A stretch of DNA of 64,000 nucleotides, from IMG/VR virus record IMGVR_UViG_3300031758_000002. One strand, given 5' to 3'. Positions within the stretch are counted from its first letter, which is position 1. Each line of letters opens with the position of its first letter. A program made the translations under genes and the position numbers. A model generated the notes under the pieces. The model did no database searches. It was not told where the DNA came from and saw nothing but the letters and a program-made list of their open reading frames with translations. Source of the stretch: a virus (lineage: Duplodnaviria; Heunggongvirae; Uroviricota; Caudoviricetes). Shown here piece by piece: positions 9,200 to 17,674 of the stretch.

Positions 9200-10174
9200 T
9201 TATGGTAAATCGTCAAAATCTCTTAAAATTGCAGGATAATTTCTCATTGGTATAGTCATCGGTACTAACCTTGGTGCCATTCTTGGTACCAATCTTGGCT
9301 CTTCCATCATCATATCCTCAACAGGAATTGGAAGTTCATCCATAGTTTGTTCGGTTAGTTCTATAATTTCGTCTTTCCCATTGAAATAATGTTTACGACT
9401 CTTAATTTTTTCTTCAGGTGAGAACAAGTCATAATTAGTATGATTAGTTTTAACATCCAACCACTCAAAAAGTTTTTTAATCAATTCATTAGGTAAACCA
9501 GTTTCAAATGAATCAATATGATTATCAACTTCATCATATATACCAATTTTAACCTCATTATTACTATGAATACCAAACTTTCTGTTTGTCTTTTTATTTA
9601 TTACATAAATCAAAACTCCTTGTGCCGAATATCTATAGAAGTACTCACCATCGTTCTTCATTGATGTACACCACTTTGTTCCAAACCCATATGTAATCGC
9701 AGCATCGTGAGTTAATGGTTTAAAGAATAACCATTCATCGTCGTCGTGAACAATCATAATATCCTTTTTGGATTTTTTCAACATCTCTTTAGTTGCTGCC
9801 TTTCCAACTTCCCTAATTATGTCGTTGAAATCTTTATATGTTGATATGTCCGTATTTTCCACCAATCCTCTTTCAAGATATTCTGTAAATAGGGGAAGTT
9901 TATCCAAATTTTCCACATTGAAATAATTTACACACAACCAATTCAAAAGTGTCATTTTTGAATCGGGTAATTCTTTAATTATTTTTACTGTTGGTGAGTC
10001 ATTTTCATTCCCGCCCCAATACATATCATTTTTACGAATTTCAATACCATCTTTTAACATCTTAATTAATAAAGGTGTTAACTTTTTTGTTTTAGTCGGA
10101 TCCAATTTGGAAATCAAATCAATTAAATTGATATTCAAATCAGGATTCTGTTCTTTTAAATGTTTTAGTCCCAT
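9200..10174 (-). CDS. hypothetical protein carrying a conserved FKP...WCTS...YY domain (paralog of the 37045..38889 core)
   Basis: WLFFKPLTHDAAITYGFGTKWCTSMKNDGEYFYRY...LIYVIN aligns to NLYIFKPNG...AHGRPWCTSRIGGGNLYYNYR...LYYVID in the LRR protein. The C-terminus has a PRLVPRMAPRLVPM repeat. Confidence 0.45.
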   Translation of the reverse strand: MGLKHLKEQNPDLNINLIDLISKLDPTKTKKLTPLLIKMLKDGIEIRKNDMYWGGNENDSPTVKIIKELPDSKMTLLNWLCVNYFNVENLDKLPLFTEYLERGLVENTDISTYKDFNDIIREVGKAATKEMLKKSKKDIMIVHDDDEWLFFKPLTHDAAITYGFGTKWCTSMKNDGEYFYRYSAQGVLIYVINKKTNRKFGIHSNNEVKIGIYDEVDNHIDSFETGLPNELIKKLFEWLDVKTNHTNYDLFSPEEKIKSRKHYFNGKDEIIELTEQTMDELPIPVEDMMMEEPRLVPRMAPRLVPMTIPMRNYPAILRDFDDLP

Positions 10175-10178
10175 AATT

Positions 10179-10424
10179 TTATCTTAATACAATTGGATGA
10201 ATAATAAAAAATATTTCTTCTGTTCTACCATCAACCTTAACAACTCTATCGTTTTTCAACTCAAGATCTGAAGTCCCATATTCTTCTTTAAGTCGATTCA
10301 TCTGAGATTTGAGTTCTTTTTTTGCATCATTTTCAAATTTAAAATAACCCACATATGAATCACATCCGTGTCCTTTTTCATACACACCAAAAATAATTTG
10401 TCTTGTTTCTATTCTATTTTTCAT
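10179..10424 (-). CDS. hypothetical protein (81 aa)
   Basis: ORF. Confidence 0.3.
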   Translation of the reverse strand: MKNRIETRQIIFGVYEKGHGCDSYVGYFKFENDAKKELKSQMNRLKEEYGTSDLELKNDRVVKVDGRTEEIFFIIHPIVLR

Positions 10425-10833
10425 TTCTTCTTTCTCTTTTTACTATTGATAAAACCTCACTTAAATCCCAATATGTACTTTTTATTCCACCTCTATCATC
10501 AAGGAATATGTTTGCATATATCTTACCATTCATCCCATATGGTTTATCCCACTCAGGATGCATTTGATTTACCCCATGAACTTCAATACCCAACTTTTCA
10601 ACTTGTTCTTTTGCGGTTTCCAATTGTCGTTCACTTCTTGCAGTATTAATTAAAAATATAATACCTTCTTTTTGACATTCCAAAATCAAGTCAACAACTT
10701 TTTGACAATGTTCTTTTAATTCTTCATTATATGGAATTATTGTGTCATCAAGATCACAACCAATAATCAATTTACCATTTTTTAACCATTCAGTTGCAAG
10801 TCGGTTAATGAAGAAATTTGCGTGATGTCTCAT
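10414..10833 (-). CDS. HAD-like phosphatase (139 aa)
   Basis: Motif I IIGCDLDDTII, INTARS (motif II) and IFLDDRGG (motif IV). Confidence 0.55.
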   Translation of the reverse strand: MRHHANFFINRLATEWLKNGKLIIGCDLDDTIIPYNEELKEHCQKVVDLILECQKEGIIFLINTARSERQLETAKEQVEKLGIEVHGVNQMHPEWDKPYGMNGKIYANIFLDDRGGIKSTYWDLSEVLSIVKRERRNEK

Positions 10834-10834
10834 A

Positions 10835-11101
10835 TTAAAATCTACTTGAAAGTTTTTTAATTAATTCTTCTTCTTCGTTTGTTAGTAGGTAATAATTGTT
10901 CCATAGTTTTGTGAGGTTATCTCTTAATTCTTTTTCTCCTTGAGATTCTATATCACCTCTAACAACTTTTCTTATTTCAGGATTTGGGTGTGATTCTAAT
11001 ATGCCGTCATCGTGTAACCACTGAGCCATAGTTCTTTTGTCACTTCTATCCATCTCATCGTAGACATCATCAAGGTCCACATAAACTCTAACACTACTCA
11101 T
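10835..11101 (-). CDS. hypothetical acidic protein (88 aa)
   Basis: ORF. Confidence 0.3.
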   Translation of the reverse strand: MSSVRVYVDLDDVYDEMDRSDKRTMAQWLHDDGILESHPNPEIRKVVRGDIESQGEKELRDNLTKLWNNYYLLTNEEEELIKKLSSRF

Positions 11102-11140
11102 AATTTCTTTTTTTAATTATATGAAAAAATGATGACTCCA

Positions 11141-12271
11141 TCAATGGGAGTCACCAACATTATTTTTCTCCCCATATATTAAATAATCAGGATTGATAAC
11201 CTTTGCAACTTTATGACGATCACCAGTCACAGATTTAACAACGATACCTTCGTGAGGAACTTTGGTTCCTTTTATAAAATTACCGAAGACATATTTATCT
11301 TGTTCTTCTTTACTCCAAGTTCCTTCATATAATACTTCAACTTGTGGGAGTTCCAAACAATCAAAATGAACGGTTTCTTCAAGGTGTGGTTGATAAACAC
11401 CATCAACTTCAACATCAAAACCAACAAACTTTATTTCCTCCAAACCATATTCATAGTTTTTTTGGATTCCTTTACCATAGATTTCCCCATAGATAGTAAG
11501 TCCTTGTTCCAAAGATTCAGGGTAATATGTATCCTTAACATGATCCCAAAGTTTTTTTCGTATGTCATATTTGTTGGCAACTTCTCTCCACACATCAGTA
11601 TCGTAGAATCCTTGAGAATCAGATCCTTTCTCCACATTATGAGAACCATACACATATTCAAACTCAACCCACTCATTACCGAAGAACTTTTTCACTCTAT
11701 CCCACAAAGAAAGTTTTTTCTTTCTAACTATTCCAAATCTGGCATTAGTTCCGTGTATTTTACGGGTGATAACAACCTCATCTTCTTCGGTGAACATATC
11801 AGGAACATTCTTCATGTTTGGGAATTTGTGATAGATATGGAAGTTTGGATTTTGGTGGTATCTAACTTTCTTACCTCCACCCAAAGTAACCATTTTAACC
11901 GGTGGTTCGTATTTGGTTATTCCAAGTATTTCCATCATATCATCACCTTCATTAACATTGTTCACCAATGATTTTGGTGCCAAGTACTTGAATGGTATTA
12001 ACAAACATTCGGAATAAAATCCACGAAGTTTTACGGTTCTAACTCGTTGTCCTTTACGAAGGTAGTTAGTCACTTCCATCAAGTCAGACAATGCTTGTGG
12101 TATTACCGCATCAGTGGTTGCAACAACAACTTTATCTCCTTCTTGGTATTCACCTTTTTTGGTTATCGCCTGCCATCCACCAACAAGTACAAGTTCTATG
12201 TTGTCAGCATTTGGTATTTCAACTACTGAACCTATTTTTCCAACATATGCTACGCTATTTTGATTTTCCAT
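11141..12271 (-). CDS. ATP-dependent RNA ligase, Rnl2/Rnl5-like, with N-terminal extension (OB fold by analogy to Rnl5)
   Basis: Nucleotidyltransferase motif I ITRKIHGTNARFG (KxHGxN as in T4 Rnl2 EKIHGTN) at about residue 172. An N-terminal module of about 130 aa precedes it. Total 376 aa, similar to DraRnl/NgrRnl. Confidence 0.7.
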   Translation of the reverse strand: MENQNSVAYVGKIGSVVEIPNADNIELVLVGGWQAITKKGEYQEGDKVVVATTDAVIPQALSDLMEVTNYLRKGQRVRTVKLRGFYSECLLIPFKYLAPKSLVNNVNEGDDMMEILGITKYEPPVKMVTLGGGKKVRYHQNPNFHIYHKFPNMKNVPDMFTEEDEVVITRKIHGTNARFGIVRKKKLSLWDRVKKFFGNEWVEFEYVYGSHNVEKGSDSQGFYDTDVWREVANKYDIRKKLWDHVKDTYYPESLEQGLTIYGEIYGKGIQKNYEYGLEEIKFVGFDVEVDGVYQPHLEETVHFDCLELPQVEVLYEGTWSKEEQDKYVFGNFIKGTKVPHEGIVVKSVTGDRHKVAKVINPDYLIYGEKNNVGDSH

Positions 12272-12374
12272 TATTTTCTATTAACATAATTTGTTATTAA
12301 TTTATCCACATATGGTCTCAACATTACACCCATACAAATTCCTCCTACAAGATACACTATCATATTTTCTTTTT

Positions 12375-12674
12375 TTACAATTTTTCAAATTCTTCTTTTA
12401 CCAAATCTATTTCTTCATTCAACCTCTCAAGTTCTTTGGTTATCATTTCTTTAATAATCTCTTTGTTATAGAAACTAACCTCACCTTTTCCGTTGAAACC
12501 TCCAGAGTGTGTAAATCCAATCGTGACACTCAAACCACAAGATTTAAGCGCAGATTCTAATTTATACTTCTGTCTTTCCAATCTATCAAGATCTTCTTTA
12601 ACTTTTTTTGCTTGTTCAAATTTTTCTACTTCCATTTTGACAAATATATTAATAATTTTTTTATACCACAACAC
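12375..12674 (-). CDS. coiled-coil protein (99 aa)
   Basis: Heptad-rich K/E sequence. Confidence 0.35.
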   Translation of the reverse strand: MLWYKKIINIFVKMEVEKFEQAKKVKEDLDRLERQKYKLESALKSCGLSVTIGFTHSGGFNGKGEVSFYNKEIIKEMITKELERLNEEIDLVKEEFEKL

Positions 12675-13300
12675 TACCCCAAACTTTCAGGATAATACAA
12701 TAATGTTGGGTTTTTTTTAGCGATGTCTATATCAGGAAATCTCTCCTTGAAAGTCTTAACATCAAACTTACCAGTTATCAAATGCCACCCATTCTTTGTT
12801 GGTATAACCGCTTCAATTTTTTTACCTTCAGGTTTAAGATAATTAATAAATTGTGATAGTTCAGTAACGGCATGAAAATCGGTTACGTCAATATCCACAA
12901 TCCACCGTTTCTCTTGAGTTTTAATTTGCCCAACAACTGAATCAAATAAACCTTTTTGGTTTGATACACCGTCTCTAATCCGTTCGGCAAGTATTGCCAA
13001 CATATTTAATGACACATCTTTGTGGTTTTGTTTTTGGACATGGATATATGCACGAGCCTTAAACATTTCACAAAGTTGTTTAATCTCATCATATCTTTTT
13101 TCCAAATATGGGATGGACTCAATACAATAAGTTTTAATTGTTCTTACTGATTGGTGATTATCCCTTTCACCTTCCGGTTGATCCTTCTTTCGTTTAAATA
13201 CATATAACATATAGAAGTCACCATAATGTGAAAAATTCAATAATGGTTTTATTAAATCTATGTTATCAATCTTGTTCATTTTCATCATCATAATATTCAT
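12674..13300 (-). CDS. hypothetical protein; weak AEP (primase-polymerase)-like motif pattern
   Basis: WIVDIDVTD (hhhDhD), TKNGWHLI (sGxGxHh-like) and PDIDIA. See findings. Confidence 0.3.
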   Translation of the reverse strand: MNIMMMKMNKIDNIDLIKPLLNFSHYGDFYMLYVFKRKKDQPEGERDNHQSVRTIKTYCIESIPYLEKRYDEIKQLCEMFKARAYIHVQKQNHKDVSLNMLAILAERIRDGVSNQKGLFDSVVGQIKTQEKRWIVDIDVTDFHAVTELSQFINYLKPEGKKIEAVIPTKNGWHLITGKFDVKTFKERFPDIDIAKKNPTLLYYPESLG

Positions 13301-13802
13301 CTACTTTCATTGAAACTGGTGGGGTGAAATCCCAAACAGTGTTTTCAAACTCTGTGATCCATTCATTCAATTCTTCTCTTGTCCAAAATGGAGCAAAATG
13401 TGGACGGTAACTAAACGGAACATTGTCTTTATTTTCCCAATCTTCAAGTCGTTGTGTTACATCCTCAATTAGGTTTTTATCCTTATTGTACTTATTCCAT
13501 TGTCTATAATCATCTTCGGATTTGATATACATAACATCACCATAATTATAAAAATCCATCTCAGGGAATTTCAAATTTGGGTTGTTGGTATATACATCAA
13601 CAATACCATTGTCTCCATTGTATTCACCACAAAGTTCTTTTAAAGAATGTAAACTACTTGGTCTTTCTTCCCACACACTACCGAACTGACGAACAGAACA
13701 GATATACAAATACCCATCATCATATGAATGAATAAGTCCTTCAATTTTATTTCTTAAAGAAATAAGTTCGTCCATTGTAAGTTTAGTTAAGTCCATTTTC
13801 AT
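13266..13802 (-). CDS. hypothetical acidic protein (178 aa)
   Basis: ORF. Confidence 0.35.
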   Translation of the reverse strand: MKMDLTKLTMDELISLRNKIEGLIHSYDDGYLYICSVRQFGSVWEERPSSLHSLKELCGEYNGDNGIVDVYTNNPNLKFPEMDFYNYGDVMYIKSEDDYRQWNKYNKDKNLIEDVTQRLEDWENKDNVPFSYRPHFAPFWTREELNEWITEFENTVWDFTPPVSMKVDEYYDDENEQD

Positions 13803-13860
13803 TTTACAAAAGTAATCATTTTATATTTACCAAACAATATTTTTGGATATTTATTTTAAT

Positions 13861-14310
13861 ATGAACCTACAAGAATCCATAAGAAGAATATTAAGGGAAG
13901 AAACCATAAAAGATAAATATAAAAAAGAATATATTAATTTTCATGGTAACATGGAAGGGTTTGATGACAATTGGGATAATCTGTTTAATAAAGATTTTAA
14001 TGATGGTGGTTTGATGAATATACCTGAATATATTGAATTGAGTAGATTAGTTAATATTATTGGGGAATTTAAAAAGGATAAAAATATACATTGGATAAGA
14101 ACCTCTGATGAATATTTATTTTACGATACGGATTGGTTGTTTTTATCCGATGTTAAAATAAATGATAACGCTAAAATAATCAGAATAAAAACACACAAAT
14201 CAAATATTAATTTAGATCAAACAATAATTCAAAATTTAACTTTTAATTATGAAAAAGAGATTACCTTGAAAAACTTGGATTTAGAAAATTATGAAATAAT
14301 AAAATATTAA
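13861..14310 (+). CDS. hypothetical protein, member of the N-terminal LQE-IRRILREE propeptide family (paralog of 14313..14639)
   Basis: ATGAACCTACAAGAA start shared with the next gene. N-terminus MNLQESIRRILREE. Confidence 0.45.
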   Translation: MNLQESIRRILREETIKDKYKKEYINFHGNMEGFDDNWDNLFNKDFNDGGLMNIPEYIELSRLVNIIGEFKKDKNIHWIRTSDEYLFYDTDWLFLSDVKINDNAKIIRIKTHKSNINLDQTIIQNLTFNYEKEITLKNLDLENYEIIKY

Positions 14311-14312
14311 AT

Positions 14313-14639
14313 ATGAACCTACAAGAAAACATAAGAAGAATATTGAGGGAAGAATTATTGAATGAAACAAAGTTCTTCCGTAGAAGAATTGATTTAGATG
14401 AGGTTAAGAAGTTACTTTCAATTAATGCACAACAAGTGTATTACGAAACTGAAAGTTATAGAGGTTTTAAATATGACTTAACTTTAAGAGCGGTAGAATC
14501 AATTATGTGGAATAATTATGAACTTGGGTGGGAGGATTTACCAGAACAAGAGGAAATAGACTTTGTGACAGAAGTTTCTGATATGCTTGAGGACACGATT
14601 AAACAGTTATACAAATTTTATCATAATAAAAGATTCTAA
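14313..14639 (+). CDS. hypothetical protein, paralog with N-terminal MNLQENIRRILREE
   Basis: First 14 aa nearly identical to the upstream gene. The rest is divergent. Confidence 0.45.
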   Translation: MNLQENIRRILREELLNETKFFRRRIDLDEVKKLLSINAQQVYYETESYRGFKYDLTLRAVESIMWNNYELGWEDLPEQEEIDFVTEVSDMLEDTIKQLYKFYHNKRF

Positions 14640-14641
14640 AA

Positions 14642-15052
14642 TTACATCATTAACAAATCTGTTGTGTTCAAATCTTCACCATCAATGACAAAACAAGCAT
14701 TTTGTAGTTGGTGAACATATCTCATAGGTTTAATATCACTAAAACCCTGAATTCCATATAAACCTTTATAAAGGTGTGTTAGTGTAATACTTTCAGTTTC
14801 CCACCAATGAAATTCACCAATACCAGGTGCGGTATCTGACATTTCAACAAAATGAAGTAAGTCTAGTATTTTTTCAGTTATCTCAACGGGTTTGAAGTCA
14901 TCAATGTGTATCGGTAATCCATCTTCCGTTCCTATGTATAGTCCGTTAAATGCGATTGCTCTAACTTCTGTTGGTGTTCCAAATAGTGGGTGGGTAACAA
15001 TACTACCCACCCTTAATTCATTCAGTTTCATACAATCCGTTTTTTTGATCAT
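14642..15052 (-). CDS. hypothetical protein (136 aa)
   Basis: ORF. Confidence 0.35.
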   Translation of the reverse strand: MIKKTDCMKLNELRVGSIVTHPLFGTPTEVRAIAFNGLYIGTEDGLPIHIDDFKPVEITEKILDLLHFVEMSDTAPGIGEFHWWETESITLTHLYKGLYGIQGFSDIKPMRYVHQLQNACFVIDGEDLNTTDLLMM

Positions 15053-15344
15053 CTTCCATTATTTTTCTTAAAAGAGACTCTCTATTATATTTTCTAATCA
15101 ATTTGAATATCTCGGTGATATCTGTAAACTCGGATGGTGGTGAGTCATTTCTACCTGGAAGAAACATCACAGTAAATCCGTGATTTGCTTCAAACTTTTC
15201 AGTTACTCTTATACCACATATCTCATTAATATAAATCCACGGGAAATTTCCTGAAAGTTTAACTTCAATACCAATCTTGTTCAATCTATCAACAAACACC
15301 TTTAACTTATCGGTGCTCAATTTTGTATTATCTATTGTTTCCAT
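15018..15344 (-). CDS. hypothetical protein (108 aa)
   Basis: ORF. Confidence 0.3.
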   Translation of the reverse strand: METIDNTKLSTDKLKVFVDRLNKIGIEVKLSGNFPWIYINEICGIRVTEKFEANHGFTVMFLPGRNDSPPSEFTDITEIFKLIRKYNRESLLRKIMEDDQKNGLYETE

Positions 15345-15348
15345 AACA

Positions 15349-15552
15349 TTAATATTGTTTAATTACATCCCCTCTTAAATAAATGTTATCAAATGACACA
15401 CCATTTACAGATTCAACACCAAGATGAACTTGTCTACCTTCAATTTTGGTAATCACACCAGAATCTTCTACAGATCCTGTAATTCTATTAACTACCTTAA
15501 CATAGTCACCCACTTTGATGTCCCTTCCGTTTTTATCTGTCGTTTTTTCCAT
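15349..15552 (-). CDS. hypothetical protein (67 aa)
   Basis: ORF. Confidence 0.3.
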   Translation of the reverse strand: MEKTTDKNGRDIKVGDYVKVVNRITGSVEDSGVITKIEGRQVHLGVESVNGVSFDNIYLRGDVIKQY

Positions 15553-15743
15553 ACCACAAATATAAGAATTATTTTTTAATATGACAAAAAATAAACAACA
15601 TTAAAACGATTGTTGATCATCGGACGTTATATGAAATATTTAAAAAATTTCATTTGCGTTTAAAATAATAATCTCTTATCAGTATTTGAAATATATTACC
15701 TAAACAAAATCCTATAAATCCTATTAAAATTAGTAGTTCCATA

Positions 15744-15956
15744 TTATTTTACATTATCAATTCTTTTTTTAAGAATTTTTTTCGCCTCTTCAAGGGTTGG
15801 GAAGTAAGATAACAATTTCCAATGTCCTCCCACATTTATATACGGATACCAATAAGTGGATTTATTAGAAACCCCCCTTTCAATTTTAACATCGTATTGT
15901 CCGTATTTACCTTCGTATACGTGTCCAGCAACATCTTTATTTAACTTTAATACCAT
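15744..15956 (-). CDS. hypothetical protein (70 aa)
   Basis: ORF. Confidence 0.3.
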   Translation of the reverse strand: MVLKLNKDVAGHVYEGKYGQYDVKIERGVSNKSTYWYPYINVGGHWKLLSYFPTLEEAKKILKKRIDNVK

Positions 15957-16128
15957 AACACTCCAATTTTTTATCCGTTACATTCCACAAATCTTTTTTT
16001 CCTTCCGTCATATGACAATTGTGTTTCTTACCGGTTCTCTCAGCAAAATCAACAATCATATCATTATGACGATTACGGACGATATGAGGACATTCTTTAC
16101 AGGGTTTTTTCATAACACAAATATACAA
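15937..16128 (-). CDS. small Cys/His-rich protein (63 aa)
   Basis: KKPCKECPH...HNCH, a possible zinc finger. Confidence 0.3.
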   Translation of the reverse strand: MYICVMKKPCKECPHIVRNRHNDMIVDFAERTGKKHNCHMTEGKKDLWNVTDKKLECYGIKVK

Positions 16129-16151
16129 ATTACTTTTTAATAAAACAAAAA

Positions 16152-16184
16152 ACCTCCCAACATTTCTGAAGGGAGGTTAAATAT
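16152..16184 (-). terminator. rho-independent terminator (CCTCCC-loop-GGGAGG plus T-run on the minus strand)
   Basis: Downstream of the gene ending at 16203. Confidence 0.6.
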
Positions 16185-16202
16185 TTTTTATATGTTATAC
16201 TT

Positions 16203-16550
16203 TTAGTATTTAATAATCCAAGTCACTCCCTTTCCAAAATTGGGTGATGCATGAGAATTAATATCTTTAGATTCTAATGATTCTATTTTATCCATTATTT
16301 TTTCACGATTACCGTCAACAGGTGACGGTAATTGAGTAATAATGTATTTAACATATTTAGTATATTTAAGTTTCTTTCCTGAAACATCACCCTTTTTAAT
16401 CTCAATCTTACACCCACTAGGTAAACCCAATTTTTTTCTCAACTGAAAAACGGTTAAGTCTAATAAATCAGATTTAGATTCATTTTCTTTAATCACACGA
16501 TTAACAATTCTTGTCAAGTCTGATTCGGTTAGTTTAATTATTTTTTTCAT
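16203..16550 (-). CDS. small basic protein, tandem paralog 3 of the MKK(V/I)I(R/K)LTESDLTRIV family
   Basis: N-terminus MKKIIKLTESDLTRIVNRVIKEN. Confidence 0.5.
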   Translation of the reverse strand: MKKIIKLTESDLTRIVNRVIKENESKSDLLDLTVFQLRKKLGLPSGCKIEIKKGDVSGKKLKYTKYVKYIITQLPSPVDGNREKIMDKIESLESKDINSHASPNFGKGVTWIIKY

Positions 16551-16554
16551 ATCA

Positions 16555-16887
16555 TTATTTTATATAAAACCAAAATGAGTTTTTACTTGCGTTACCAAGT
16601 TTAAATAAGTTACTTTCAAATTTATTATTTAGTTTCTCAATGATTTCTTCAGCAATCTCTTCGGTGTCATCCCCCGATTGTTTAAAACTAACCATAAATC
16701 TGTCATATGGTTTATCTGACGATTCTTTATAACCACCTTTCCATTCATCCTCACCAATGTAATCATCCATAAGTTTTTTTAACACATCCTCAATTTTTTC
16801 ATTTGATGGTTTTTTCTTATTTTCATTGATCACTCGTTTAACAATCCTTGTTAAATCTGATTCGGTTAATCTTATTACTTTTTTCAT
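16555..16887 (-). CDS. small protein, tandem paralog 2 of the MKKVIRLTESDLTRIV family
   Basis: N-terminus MKKVIRLTESDLTRIVKRVINEN. Confidence 0.5.
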   Translation of the reverse strand: MKKVIRLTESDLTRIVKRVINENKKKPSNEKIEDVLKKLMDDYIGEDEWKGGYKESSDKPYDRFMVSFKQSGDDTEEIAEEIIEKLNNKFESNLFKLGNASKNSFWFYIK

Positions 16888-16891
16888 AACA

Positions 16892-17188
16892 TTAAATATC
16901 TAAATTTTTAACTTTAATTCCTTTTGTATTTCTTTTTAAACCTGATGGTGTTGTATCGTCAGTTCTAAAACTACAAACAACATCAAACATAGCTTTTTTA
17001 AAATGGTGGAATGTTCCTTTTTTTCCATGGTATTCACCCTTTATTTCCAATTCACCATAAACATCTTCCAATTCTTCTTTTGACATCTTTAATATTTCAG
17101 ATTTACTTTGTTTCTTTTTGGATTCGGTAATAACCCTTTGGATTATTCTTGTCAAGTCTGATTCGGTTAGTCTTATTACTTTTTTCAT
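16892..17188 (-). CDS. small basic protein, tandem paralog 1 of the MKKVIRLTESDLTRI family
   Basis: N-terminus MKKVIRLTESDLTRIIQRVITES. Confidence 0.5.
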   Translation of the reverse strand: MKKVIRLTESDLTRIIQRVITESKKKQSKSEILKMSKEELEDVYGELEIKGEYHGKKGTFHHFKKAMFDVVCSFRTDDTTPSGLKRNTKGIKVKNLDI

Positions 17189-17226
17189 TTTACAAATTTA
17201 TTAATAAATATCTGATTAAACAAAAA

Positions 17227-17256
17227 ACCCCACTCTTATTTGAAGTGGGGTTTGTA
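17227..17256 (-). terminator. rho-independent terminator (CCCCAC-loop-GTGGGG)
   Basis: AAAAAACCCCACTCTTATTTGAAGTGGGGTTTG, downstream of the gene ending at 17261. Confidence 0.6.
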
Positions 17257-17260
17257 AAAT

Positions 17261-17629
17261 TTATTTCTTAATCGGAACTGTGTCAACTGGTTCAAGTGTC
17301 ACTTTGGTGATTCCTTTTCTAATGAAGTTAAGTTCCTTTGCGGTTCCGTAACTCAAATCAATCACAAAACTTGATGATTTTGGTAACCTGTCGTTGATCT
17401 TAACATATCTAACAGAATCATTACTTGTGTTTGTTACTTTCACAATTGTTCCGAACTTAAAGTACTTATGAGCCGCAGTTAAACTGTCTTTGTGGAATAG
17501 TTCTCCTGATGATGTCTTTCTACCTGTCCAATGTTGTCCGTAATAAGATGCGGTTCCTGTGTAGATTTTTTCTGATGATTTAAATGATAATAGTGTAATT
17601 AGTGGAATAAATAATAATAGTTTTTTCAT
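17261..17629 (-). CDS. RlpA-like double-psi beta-barrel (DPBB) domain protein with signal peptide
   Basis: Signal peptide, then GTASYYG...GRKTSSGELF...AAH..FKFGT.VKVTN..N..SV.VKINDR, matching the RlpA / rare lipoprotein A consensus. Confidence 0.65.
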   Translation of the reverse strand: MKKLLLFIPLITLLSFKSSEKIYTGTASYYGQHWTGRKTSSGELFHKDSLTAAHKYFKFGTIVKVTNTSNDSVRYVKINDRLPKSSSFVIDLSYGTAKELNFIRKGITKVTLEPVDTVPIKK

Positions 17630-17674
17630 ATTATGAATAATAAAAAATCCTCCACAAAAGTGAAGGATTATATT

